Positions 1 through 8,600 of a stretch of DNA of 32,000 bases are shown here, in pieces. Source of the DNA: Kiritimatiella glycovorans (GTDB lineage: Bacteria; Verrucomicrobiota; Kiritimatiellia; Kiritimatiellales; Kiritimatiellaceae); the NCBI RefSeq assembly GCF_001017655.1, contig NZ_CP010904.1:2460001-2492000 (forward strand), given 5' to 3'. The notes beneath the pieces were generated by a model. That model was not told the DNA's origin. It did no database searches and worked only from the letters and a program-made list of their open reading frames with translations. Both the position numbers and the translations under genes were made by a program. Within the stretch, counting starts at the first letter, position 1, and each line of letters opens with the position of its first letter.

Positions 1-913
1 ACAGGCCCAGGCGGCACTGCGCGAGATCCTTTCCCGGGGCGTCGAGCAGGGAGGTCAGCGCGACATACAGCGAGGCCGCGTAGCAGTTTCCGGTGACGCG
101 GGCGTACTCGCGCGTGCCTTCCAGCCACTCCTCGATCCGCTTCCCGTCCGCCTCCGCATGCAGCGCGCGCGCGAGCCGGACCTGTGCCTTTTCGGCCATG
201 CGGCTGAACGGCAGGTGGTAGCAGAACCGCTCGAAGTCCTCCAGCCCGCGGCCGCTCTGACCGGCGTAGTCCCGCCAGCAGTGCAGCATCGTGTCGATAT
301 AGACGCGCGTGGAGTACTTGCCGTCGACCAGCGCCTCGCGGCGGTAATTCGGCCGCCAGAAATCCATCACGTCCTCGGCATGATATCCCGCTTCGGGGTC
401 CAGGGCGAGAACCGCGGGGTCGGCCGCGACCGTAAAGGCGACGGCCCCGCACCCCTGGGTGGCTTCGCCGGGGTTTTCCAGCTCGTAGCGCGCGACATCG
501 GAAGCGATCACGAGTGCCTTGCGGCCGGGGCTCCCCCGCACGTGGGCTGCGGCGAGCTGGAGCGCCGCGGTCGCGCTGTAGCAGGCCTGTTTCACTTCCA
601 GGACGCGGCAGCGGGAGGGAAGATCCAGCAGGCCGTGGATGAACAGGCCGCCCGCCTTCGACTGGTCCACACCGCTCTCCGTGGCGAACAGGAGCAGGTC
701 GATGTCGTCCAGTTTCCCGTCGCGCCGCAGCGGGTGGGCCGCGCTGGCACCGAGCGTCACGGCGTCCTCATCCGGCGGCGCCACGCTCATGCGTTCCTGC
801 CCGAGGCCCTGAAGGTACTTTTTCGGGTCGACCGAACGCGCCTCCGCCAGTTTCTCGAGATCGAAGGCGTACTGCGCGGTGTAGAAACTGATGCTGTCGA
901 TGCCGATATTCAT
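1..913 (-). CDS. mvaS: Hydroxymethylglutaryl-CoA synthase (mevalonate pathway), 5' part only; the C-terminus lies beyond the window start
   Basis: Manual reverse translation from the ATG at 913..911 gives MNIGIDSISFYTAQYAFDLEKLAEARSVDPKKYLQGLGQERMSVAPPDEDAVTLGASAA...LLLFATESGVDQSKAGGLFIHGLL...EVKQACYSATAALQLAA...EATQGCGAVAF. This matches the bacterial MvaS N-terminus and the active-site Cys context (KQACYS). It is absent from the ORF track because it runs off the edge. The ATG overlaps the fni stop (ATGA at 910-913). Confidence 0.85.
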   Translation of the reverse strand, partial: MNIGIDSISFYTAQYAFDLEKLAEARSVDPKKYLQGLGQERMSVAPPDEDAVTLGASAAHPLRRDGKLDDIDLLLFATESGVDQSKAGGLFIHGLLDLPSRCRVLEVKQACYSATAALQLAAAHVRGSPGRKALVIASDVARYELENPGEATQGCGAVAFTVAADPAVLALDPEAGYHAEDVMDFWRPNYRREALVDGKYSTRVYIDTMLHCWRDYAGQSGRGLEDFERFCYHLPFSRMAEKAQVRLARALHAEADGKRIEEWLEGTREYARVTGNCYAASLYVALTSLLDAPGKDLAQCRLGL

Positions 914-1983
914 GCCGGATGTATGCCTCCGCGGGGACCGGCTTCATATTCACCGTCTCCGACAATCCACTGTTCCTGTCCTATCAAATATTCCGGGCGG
1001 CGGCAGCCGAGCAGGAAGAGGGCCAGACGGAACTCCTCGCGGTAGCGTCGGATGACCGCGCAGACCGCGTCCTCCGACTCCATCGCGGGCGCCAGCAGCG
1101 GGCGCGCCGCGCTGCCCAGCGAAGCGCCGAGAATCATCGCCCGGGCGATATCGACACCGGACCGGATGCCGCCGGAACCGATCAGCGTCGCGCCTTCCGA
1201 GCGAAGCGGAGAGAGGCGGCGCAGCGCCTGCGGCGCGGGTACGCCCCAGTCGGCGAAGGCCGCGGCCCGCGCGCGGCGCTCGGCATCGTCGCCGCGGCGA
1301 CTCTCCACATAGCTCCAGGAGGTGCCCCCGGCCCCGGCCGCATCGAAGTAGCGGACGCCTGCGGGGATGAGCGCACGCAGGTCGTCGGGGTGCAGACCGG
1401 CCCCCACCTCCTTGACCAGTACGGGCCGGTCGAGCGCCTCGGCGACCGCCCCGATCCGGGAGGCCAGTCCGCCGAAGGTGGGGGTGCCTTCGCGCTGCAC
1501 TGCTTCCTGAAGCGGATTGAGGTGCAGGTAGAGGCCGTCGGCCGCGAGCACGTCCACGGCTGCGCGGCATTCCTCGATCCCCATCCCCTGCCTGAGCTGC
1601 ACGGCGCCGAGGTTGGCGATCAGGGGCACCTCCGGGGCCAGCGGCCGCAGATCGAATGCCGCGCGCGCCTGCGGGTCCGAGAACATGACGCGCTGGGAGC
1701 CGACGGCCATGGCGACCCGTTCCCTGCGCGCCGCTGCGGCGAGGTTCCGGTTGATGCGGCGGAGCTGCCCGTCCGCTCCGCCGGTCATGGAAGCCATCAT
1801 GAACGGGAACGAGAGGCGGTGTCCCAGGAACTCGCAGGACGGATCCACCTCGTCGAGGTCCAGTTCCGGCAGGGCGCGATGATCGAGGCGCAGGGCGGCG
1901 AACGCACCGGCACTGCGGTCCGCCGCGGCCTCTTCCGCCGCGATACGCACATGATCGGCTTTACGCTGACTCATCGGCTCCAT
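910..1983 (-). CDS. fni: Type 2 isopentenyl-diphosphate delta-isomerase (FMN-dependent IDI-2)
   Basis: ORF 910..2085. From MEPMSQRKADHVRIA onward it resembles IDI-2: FMMASMTGG, AMAVGSQR, LVKEVGAGL, GAGGTSW, GSGGIRSGVDIARAMILGAS. I chose the start at 1983 because GGGAAGGGAG lies about 11 nt upstream and it avoids overlapping the upstream gene. 1974 and 2085 are alternative starts. Confidence 0.85.
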   Translation of the reverse strand: MEPMSQRKADHVRIAAEEAAADRSAGAFAALRLDHRALPELDLDEVDPSCEFLGHRLSFPFMMASMTGGADGQLRRINRNLAAAARRERVAMAVGSQRVMFSDPQARAAFDLRPLAPEVPLIANLGAVQLRQGMGIEECRAAVDVLAADGLYLHLNPLQEAVQREGTPTFGGLASRIGAVAEALDRPVLVKEVGAGLHPDDLRALIPAGVRYFDAAGAGGTSWSYVESRRGDDAERRARAAAFADWGVPAPQALRRLSPLRSEGATLIGSGGIRSGVDIARAMILGASLGSAARPLLAPAMESEDAVCAVIRRYREEFRLALFLLGCRRPEYLIGQEQWIVGDGEYEAGPRGGIHPA

Positions 1984-2059
1984 CGCGGCGCGATACTCCC
2001 TTCCCCCCGAACCGGTGTCCACGTCAAAATCCGCTCCAAATCGTCGGGGCAGGATACGA

Positions 2060-2641
2060 TCACGGGCCTTCGCTGCGGGATTCACGGTCGAGATCGAGGG
2101 CGTATTCCACCTCTTCCGCGGTCAGAGGACTGGTGACGCCCTCAAACGACTCGAACAGTTCCACCGGTCGGGTCGCCGACGGCTCTGCGGTTCCGGAAGG
2201 GCGCGCGGCCGGCTCCGGCGGGGGGGTGCGGGTCATCGCCAGCCAGCCTGCGGCGGCCATGACGGCGAGGACCACGATGAGGACCGCCAGCAGGTTGAGG
2301 GTCCGCTCCGAGCGCCGCAGCCGGGCGGCCATGGCCTCCTCGCTGCGCCTGCGCTCGTCGAGCTGGCCGCGGATATGTTCGAGACATTCGAGCGCGGCCG
2401 GGATCCGGTCGAGGTTCTCCGCCACGCGGTCCTGGAACTCGCGCTGGCGCCGCAGGTGGGACTGCACCGACTCCACCAGCTCGGCCATCCGGCGGTCCGT
2501 CTCTCCGGAGGCCTCCCCCCCGCCCGCGGCGGGAAGTCCGCCGCGTTTCCGGGCGGAGTCCGGTTTGACCGACGTCCACCCGCGGCTGGTCCTGTGTCCG
2601 GCACCCGTGAGTTTCCGCCACCAGCGGGTCCAACGATTCAT
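2060..2641 (-). CDS. Hypothetical membrane-anchored protein: basic N-terminus, coiled-coil-like segment, one TM helix (LLAVLIVVLAVMAAAGWLAM), acidic C-terminal tail
   Basis: 193-aa ORF with a strong SD (GGGAGGTG 5 nt before the ATG at 2641). It fills the gap between the kinase gene and fni on the same strand. I recognise no family. Confidence 0.55.
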   Translation of the reverse strand: MNRWTRWWRKLTGAGHRTSRGWTSVKPDSARKRGGLPAAGGGEASGETDRRMAELVESVQSHLRRQREFQDRVAENLDRIPAALECLEHIRGQLDERRRSEEAMAARLRRSERTLNLLAVLIVVLAVMAAAGWLAMTRTPPPEPAARPSGTAEPSATRPVELFESFEGVTSPLTAEEVEYALDLDRESRSEGP

Positions 2642-2673
2642 GCGACACCTCCCGCGGCGATTGTACGGCCGCC

Positions 2674-4722
2674 TCAGCCGGTCTCCCGTGCGAGGGCGTC
2701 TTCCGGGGCGGTCTTCGGGTTCCCGTCTGATCCGGGGACGTCCCGCTCGACCGGAAGCGTGACCGACACCCGCGTTCCCTCCTGCCCGGAATCCACCTCG
2801 ATCTTACCGTTATGGTCGACGACGATTCTTTTCGCGATGGGCAGGCCGAGTCCCATACCGCGGGCCTTGGTCGTGCAGAAGGGGGAGAAGAGTTTGGCGC
2901 GGAGTTCCTCGGGAATGCCGGCGCCGTTGTCCTGCACCGTAACCAGGACATACTCGCCCGACTCGCCGGCGGACATCCGGCGTGCCGTCACGCCGATGCG
3001 CGCGTCCCGGCCCGACTCCACCGCCTCGACGGCATTGACGACCAGGTGGCGCAGACATTCGCTCATCGCGGAGGCGTCGCCGGTGAGCACGGGCAGATGG
3101 TCGTCCACATAGAGGTCCAGGCTCAGGCCTTCCGCGTTACGGTCCTGCATGGCGCGCCGCACGGCCGTCTGCACGACGGGCCCCGGGGCGAAGGGCTCGT
3201 ACTTCGGATTCGGGGGGCTGGCGAAATGGTTGATCTGATCGATGATCTGGTTGAGCCGGTCGACCTCCCGTTCGACGTTGAGGCTGAACTGATCGCGGAA
3301 TTCGGGGTCGTCGTACCGCTCCGGGAGAAGCTGGGCGAAGGTTTTGATCGCGACCAGCGGATTACGGATCTCGTGCGACATGCTGGCGGCGAGTTCGTTC
3401 CAGAAGGCGACGCGCTCGAGCTGCTCCTCTTTCTCCTCGAGCCGGCGCTCTTCGGTGAGGTCCTTGATCAGCGCCACGGCGCCGACGCAACGGCCGTCGT
3501 CGAGCAGCCGCCGGGTCTCCGCCGAGAAGAGGCGCTGCGTGGCCGGATCGCTCCACTCGACCGGGTGGTGGATCTCCTCGCCGTCGAGCGCGCGGCGGAG
3601 GATATCGGAGAGCCGGCTGCCGAAGATTTCGACCGGCATCCCGCACACGCTCCCGGCCTCGACGCGCAGCGCGGTCTGGGCCGCCCCGTTGCACCAGCGG
3701 ACTTCGCCGTCCTCGCCGATGGCGATCAGCCCGGCGGGGATCGACTCCAGCAGGGTTTCGCCCAGCGCCTCGCGCATGCGGGTGTCCTCGTGCTGGAGCG
3801 CGTTATCGACCGTCGCGCCGATATGGTCCGTACAGGTGGACAGGTATTCCAGGTCCTCGGCGCTGAACGGCCGCCCGGTGATCCGCGCGCCGAGGAAGAG
3901 CCACCCTTTGACTCTCCTCCGGCCCGAGAGCGGCATGATCAGCTCCGCGCCCATTTCGTGGAGGGCCTCGGCGACCATTTCGCGATCCATCGGGTCTTCG
4001 ATCGTCTCGAGCGAAGAGCGCAGGACGGCCCTCCCGTTCCAGTCCAGCCACTGCACAAACCGGTCGCGGTCGGAGAAGTGGAGGCTTCGCAGATGATCGG
4101 AACACCGGTGGCCGCCGCGCAGGCAGTAGGTACCTCCGTCGCGCAGGGCGCAGAAGATGCCGGCGCGCGTGACCTTAAGGGCGGACGCCAGCCCGTCCAT
4201 CAGACTGTCGTAGAGAGCCGCAGGGTTCTCGAAATCGCCCATCGCCCGCGAGAGGTGGCGCAGGATATCCGAGGAGGGCGCGGTCTCCTCCGGGCCGGGC
4301 CCGGCGGCCGGGGTCTCGCGGCGGCGGATTTCTTCGCGCAATACGCGATTTTCGCGCTGCAGCTCCAGTCGGCGGTGCGCATCCTCCACGATCCGCCGGA
4401 ATTCGTAGGGCTCGAACTCGAGCGGCGAAACGGCGAAGACCTCGAGTTCGCGCGCCTCGCGCACGGGCGCCGAGCGGGCCTCGCCGAGCGTGATGACCGG
4501 CGCATCGGGATGCCGTTCGCGGATTTCGCGAAGCACATCGAGCGCCTCGGGGGCGCGGAGGTCGAGCACCACGACGCGGTGTGGGGTCCGGTAGAGGGCG
4601 CGGCTCAGTTCGGCGGCGCTGCCCGCGGCGCGGACTTCCGCCAGCTCGTGGAGGCTTCCGGTCACCCGCACGCGGACCTCGTCCTGCGCGCAGTAGAGAA
4701 AACAGGAGGGGCGCTGTTTCAT
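2674..4722 (-). CDS. Cytoplasmic sensor histidine kinase: N-terminal receiver-like domain, GAF-like region, PAS-like region, HisKA, HATPase_c
   Basis: 682 aa. H-box SMSHEIRNPLVAIKTFAQLL. N/G boxes NAVEA...DNGAGIPEEL...FSPFCTTKARGMGLGLPIAKRIV. The N-terminus (VVVLDLRAPEALDVLREIRERHPDAPVITLG) has a receiver-like fold signature. No TM segments are evident. The ATG overlaps the upstream kinase stop (ATGA 4719-4722). Confidence 0.85.
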   Translation of the reverse strand: MKQRPSCFLYCAQDEVRVRVTGSLHELAEVRAAGSAAELSRALYRTPHRVVVLDLRAPEALDVLREIRERHPDAPVITLGEARSAPVREARELEVFAVSPLEFEPYEFRRIVEDAHRRLELQRENRVLREEIRRRETPAAGPGPEETAPSSDILRHLSRAMGDFENPAALYDSLMDGLASALKVTRAGIFCALRDGGTYCLRGGHRCSDHLRSLHFSDRDRFVQWLDWNGRAVLRSSLETIEDPMDREMVAEALHEMGAELIMPLSGRRRVKGWLFLGARITGRPFSAEDLEYLSTCTDHIGATVDNALQHEDTRMREALGETLLESIPAGLIAIGEDGEVRWCNGAAQTALRVEAGSVCGMPVEIFGSRLSDILRRALDGEEIHHPVEWSDPATQRLFSAETRRLLDDGRCVGAVALIKDLTEERRLEEKEEQLERVAFWNELAASMSHEIRNPLVAIKTFAQLLPERYDDPEFRDQFSLNVEREVDRLNQIIDQINHFASPPNPKYEPFAPGPVVQTAVRRAMQDRNAEGLSLDLYVDDHLPVLTGDASAMSECLRHLVVNAVEAVESGRDARIGVTARRMSAGESGEYVLVTVQDNGAGIPEELRAKLFSPFCTTKARGMGLGLPIAKRIVVDHNGKIEVDSGQEGTRVSVTLPVERDVPGSDGNPKTAPEDALARETG

Positions 4723-7199
4723 GAATCCGGATCCCCCTCGTTTACAGTTTCGAACGAGATAAAGAAGCTGGTTCCCTCGCCCTGCGCGCTGCGGACCTCG
4801 ACCTCGCCTTGATGGTCCTTGATGATCCCGTGGGCCACCGGAAGACCGAGTCCGGTCCCCTCATCTTTTCCGGTGAAGAAGGGGTCAAAGATACGCGGGA
4901 CATCCTCCCGGGGTATACCGCACCCCGTGTCCGCGATTTCCACGCGGACCGCTGGCCGTCCGTCCCGCCGCTCGTTGCGCGTCTCCATGCTCAATACCCC
5001 ACCTTTTTCCATAGCCTCGATCGCATTCAAGCAGAAATTGAGGAAGGCTTGAATGAGAAGCGAGGCGTCGCCGCGGATCAGATCGTTGGAAGCCTCCCAC
5101 CGGGTGCGCGATTCGATGCCTTTCTGCTTCATGTTTTCCGCGACGAGGCTCTGCACGCGCTGCAGGATCTCCTGCAGGTGCACCGGGACCAGATGGGGGG
5201 GCTGGGGGCGGGCGAAGCGCAGCAGCTGATTGACCGTATTGTCGATCCGGCCCACCTCGTGCCCTACGAGTTCCGAGAAATTGCGGCGGAAGTCCGGGTC
5301 CTCGTAGCGTTCCGGCAGGAGCTGGGTGAAGGTCTTGATGGTCACCAGCGGGTTCTTGATTTCGTGGGCCATGCCCGCGGCGAGCGTACCTGCGCTGGCC
5401 AGGCGGTCCGACCGGCGCACCTGCTGCTGGAGGCGGTGCACGGCGCTCACATCGTGAAAGACCAGCAGCCCGCCCAGCCGGGCTTCGCCGCGCCCGGTAA
5501 TCACGGCGGCCCCGAGCCGCAGGTGGTATTCTTCGTCCGCCGTCGAGCGTATGAGGGTATCGCAGTCGCGGCGCCCCTTCCCGGTGGCCAGCGTCTCCTC
5601 CATAAACTCGTTGAGGGGTTCGGGCAGTTCGGAGCAGGGCGAGCCGAGCAGGGCGCTCGAGGGGACCCCGGTGATCCGTTCCGCCTCGCGGTTGAAGATA
5701 CTCACGCGGCCCCGCGAATCGGTGGCCGCCACGCCGGTGACCAGGTGTTCCACCAGGAAGTCGTTGTAGATCTTGCTGTTCTGGACCTCCGTGTAGAGCT
5801 GGGCGTTTTCCACCGCCACCGCGAACTGGTTGCAGAGGCTCTGCAGGGCATTCTGTTCGGGGGAGCCGTAGATGCGTTCCGATCGTCGCGGCCCCAGCAG
5901 CAGCATCCCGCGCAGGTACCCCTTGGAGTAGATGCCGATGCCGATCGCCATCCCGAGGGCCTGGAGCTCCGCGCAGGCCGCGGCGCGCTGTTCCGTGGTG
6001 CGCAGCCGTCCCTCGATCTCCGGAACGAGCGGTCTGCGCTGCTGGGAGAGCACGCGCACGACCGGCGAATCCTCGGCCAGCTCGAGCGGGTTCTCCTCCT
6101 TCAGTTCGGGCGGGGGGCGGTAGAACCCGTCCGGCTGGCGGAAGAGGAACATGCCGCGCTCCGCATCCATGGTCCTCAGCACCAGCCCTGACGCCTGGTT
6201 CAGCAGCGAGGGCAGTGTGGACACCGTCCGCAGCAGGTCCGAGGCCCGCCGCATCAGTTCCGCCGTGTCGATATTTCCGGCGTCGTCGAAGAGCTTACCG
6301 GTCATCCGGTGAACACGGTCCTTGAGGGGCGGAGCGAAAATGGCCGTGACCACCGCCGCCACGCAACAGGCCACGATATCCGGCATCGCGAACCAGCCGG
6401 TAAAGAGGAGGTCGGCGACCCACCACGAGAAGAGAAAGATCACCGCGAGATAGGCGGAGAGCACGATATAGCCCAAGGCCCGCTGCAGGAGGTGTGACAC
6501 GTCCATGATCCGGTGGGTGGCGATCCCGTAGGCGATGATTACATTGAGCAGAATTACGCCGTAGGGTGCCAGCGGGGCGGTTTTCGAACTCCCACTGATC
6601 GCGGGTATGATAATTCCCAGCGTGATCCCGGTACTGATCCCCACGATGGCGCCCAGGCATACGAACTTGAGTTCCACCTGCCGGATCGACTTCGTGCTGC
6701 GGATATCCCGGATGAAGTGCCGGATCAGCACCGCCACCAGTGCGATATACATCAGGGAAAACAGGTGGAACAGCGGCCCGTAACGCGGTTCGGCAAACAC
6801 CACGTTCAATTCGGTGTCGCGTGTCAGCACTACCTCGCGGATGAAAAGGTCGGTTCCGCAGAGCAGGGCCGCCAGGAGGTTGACGAGGATGAAAATTCCG
6901 GAGCGGCGCACGCTATGCCAGAAGCCTTCCGATTCGTCGAGCAGCGAGAGTCGCAGCAGGAAAAAGGCCGTAGGCACGAGAATGCAGACCCGGGAGGCCT
7001 GACGGATCCAGAATTCGGCATCCTCCGCCTCCTGCGCATTCAGCACCATCCACTGACAAAACAGCCAGAGCGCGATGATCACCGAAAAAAGCAGGTAGCG
7101 CCGATTCGCCCTGCGCCCGCTGTTGGTGAAAAACACCAGCAACCCGAGGGCAAAAACGGTGATCGTCGCACTTAGAATGGAGAAGTGAAAAAAGTTCAT
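4719..7199 (-). CDS. Membrane sensor histidine kinase: ~290-aa polytopic (about 7 TM) N-terminal domain, GAF-like, PAS-like, HisKA, HATPase_c
   Basis: 826 aa. Multiple hydrophobic helices lie in the first ~290 residues. H-box GMAHEIKNPLVTIKTFTQLL. ATP-lid DTGCGIPREDVPRIFDPFFTGKDEGTGLGLPVAHGII. The ATG overlaps the ketosynthase stop (ATGA 7196-7199). Confidence 0.85.
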   Translation of the reverse strand: MNFFHFSILSATITVFALGLLVFFTNSGRRANRRYLLFSVIIALWLFCQWMVLNAQEAEDAEFWIRQASRVCILVPTAFFLLRLSLLDESEGFWHSVRRSGIFILVNLLAALLCGTDLFIREVVLTRDTELNVVFAEPRYGPLFHLFSLMYIALVAVLIRHFIRDIRSTKSIRQVELKFVCLGAIVGISTGITLGIIIPAISGSSKTAPLAPYGVILLNVIIAYGIATHRIMDVSHLLQRALGYIVLSAYLAVIFLFSWWVADLLFTGWFAMPDIVACCVAAVVTAIFAPPLKDRVHRMTGKLFDDAGNIDTAELMRRASDLLRTVSTLPSLLNQASGLVLRTMDAERGMFLFRQPDGFYRPPPELKEENPLELAEDSPVVRVLSQQRRPLVPEIEGRLRTTEQRAAACAELQALGMAIGIGIYSKGYLRGMLLLGPRRSERIYGSPEQNALQSLCNQFAVAVENAQLYTEVQNSKIYNDFLVEHLVTGVAATDSRGRVSIFNREAERITGVPSSALLGSPCSELPEPLNEFMEETLATGKGRRDCDTLIRSTADEEYHLRLGAAVITGRGEARLGGLLVFHDVSAVHRLQQQVRRSDRLASAGTLAAGMAHEIKNPLVTIKTFTQLLPERYEDPDFRRNFSELVGHEVGRIDNTVNQLLRFARPQPPHLVPVHLQEILQRVQSLVAENMKQKGIESRTRWEASNDLIRGDASLLIQAFLNFCLNAIEAMEKGGVLSMETRNERRDGRPAVRVEIADTGCGIPREDVPRIFDPFFTGKDEGTGLGLPVAHGIIKDHQGEVEVRSAQGEGTSFFISFETVNEGDPDS

Positions 7200-8488
7200 G
7201 GTCGGGTCACGCGGCTTACCACCAGGGAGCTGTTAATACCGCCCATGCCGTGCACGTTGAGCATGGCACAATCCGCGCGGTAGCGACGCGGTCGCAGGGG
7301 CACGTAATCCAGATCGCAGGCGGGATCGGGCTCCCTGTAATTCGCCGTCGGGGGAACAAGGTCGTCCCGAAACACCCCCGCGCAGGCGGCGAGCTCCAGC
7401 GGGCCCGCGGCCGCGAGAGGGTTGCCCGTGACCCCTTTAATCGAACTCACCGGTATCCGGTAAGCCCATGGACCGTATACCGCCTTGATGGCCTCCGTTT
7501 CGCGCTGATCCAGCTCCGGGTCGCTGGGGCCGTGCGCGCAGATATAGTGCACGTCCCGTGGCGCGGTCCCGGCGGCGTCGAGGGCCTCGCGCATCGCGTC
7601 CTCGAACCCCGACCCCACGGCCTCCGCCGAGCGATCCAGCCGGCTTCCCCATCCCAGGAGTTCCAGGCGCGGCTCCGCGCCCCGCGCCATGGCGTGGACG
7701 AGCGACTCGACCACGAAAAACGCTCCTCCCTCGGCCATCACACCACCCTCCCGCCGCCGGTCGAACGGGCAGCTTCGCGTGGCCGCATTCACGACCCCCC
7801 CGGGCACCATGCGGGTGCGGCCGAAACACGCAACCGTCAACGGGTTGATCGGGGCGTCGACCCCCCCGGCCAGGACCAGGTCGCTTCGCCCCTCCCGGAC
7901 GACCGACGCCGCCTCGGCGAGCGCGTCCATCCCGGCTGCGCACGCCGTCGAAACCGTCATGGCGCGCGTGTTCAGCCCCATGTGCTCGGAGATGGCAGTA
8001 GCCACGGCATGCGGCTGACAAGCTCCGACGATATGCGGACTGACCTTGTTCGGGCCGCGGCGCGACATCTGTTCCTTACCCTGCTCAATCACCTCAATGG
8101 CACTGGTGCTTACGCCCACATAGATCGGAAGAAGCGAGCCGCTCTGGAGATCGGCCGATTCCCCGACCCGTGCGTCCTTGATCGCCATGCAGGACGCCGC
8201 AAGGGCAAACTGCGTGTGACGCCCCATGCGCTTCGGCTTAACAGGAAAAGGAATATGAATCAGGGGATCAAATCCGTCTACCTCGCCGGCAATCCCCACA
8301 AAATGTTCGGATGCATCAAACAATGAAATAGGCCCGATGCCGCTCCGTCCTTCGAGGAGGGCGGACCAGAAGTCCTCGACGCCGATACCGTTCGGCGCAA
8401 GAACCCCTATTCCCGTGATGACGACTCGTCGCGCGTCGACCAAGCCCTTCTCCCCTAAAGGCAGCGAAGCCTCCGGACCGTAAACCAC
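7196..8488 (-). CDS. Beta-ketoacyl synthase of the KAS I/II (FabB/FabF) fold, atypical (apparent Cys-His-Asn instead of Cys-His-His)
   Basis: 430 aa, GTG start at 8488. RRVVITGIGVLAPNGIGVEDFW, active-site Cys context VSTACAAG, first His YICAHGPSDP, C-terminal NVHGMGGINSSLV. The position aligned to the second catalytic His of FabF (KSMTGHLLGAAG) reads IKGVTGNPLAAAG. Confidence 0.8.
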   Translation of the reverse strand: MVYGPEASLPLGEKGLVDARRVVITGIGVLAPNGIGVEDFWSALLEGRSGIGPISLFDASEHFVGIAGEVDGFDPLIHIPFPVKPKRMGRHTQFALAASCMAIKDARVGESADLQSGSLLPIYVGVSTSAIEVIEQGKEQMSRRGPNKVSPHIVGACQPHAVATAISEHMGLNTRAMTVSTACAAGMDALAEAASVVREGRSDLVLAGGVDAPINPLTVACFGRTRMVPGGVVNAATRSCPFDRRREGGVMAEGGAFFVVESLVHAMARGAEPRLELLGWGSRLDRSAEAVGSGFEDAMREALDAAGTAPRDVHYICAHGPSDPELDQRETEAIKAVYGPWAYRIPVSSIKGVTGNPLAAAGPLELAACAGVFRDDLVPPTANYREPDPACDLDYVPLRPRRYRADCAMLNVHGMGGINSSLVVSRVTRP

Positions 8489-8600
8489 CGCCCCCTGGCG
8501 GAAACATTTTACGGCTTGTCCGTATCATCCCGCCTGTGCTATCAAAACCCCCGTCGGAACGGTCAAGCCCGAAGCCTAAGCAACCCGGGAGAGGTGTACA

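Noticed and set aside
158-1045. 295-aa plus-strand ORF, plus the overlapping ORFs 768..965, 919..2136 and 950..1570
   Set aside because: They lie antisense or out of frame to the clearly recognisable mvaS and fni genes. Their translations are Arg/Ala/Gly/Pro-rich, as expected for shadow ORFs in high-GC DNA, and show no recognisable motifs.
8489-8600. Sigma-54 promoter in the divergent KS/FadL intergenic region (TGGC at 8496-8499), considered because the kinases have NtrB-like H-boxes
   Set aside because: The -12 element is missing: the spacing gives ATTT where TTGC is expected. No NtrC-type activator is encoded nearby. A weak sigma-70-like pair (TTGTCC 8516-8521, 18-nt spacer, TATCAA 8540-8545) is possible but too degenerate to report as a feature.
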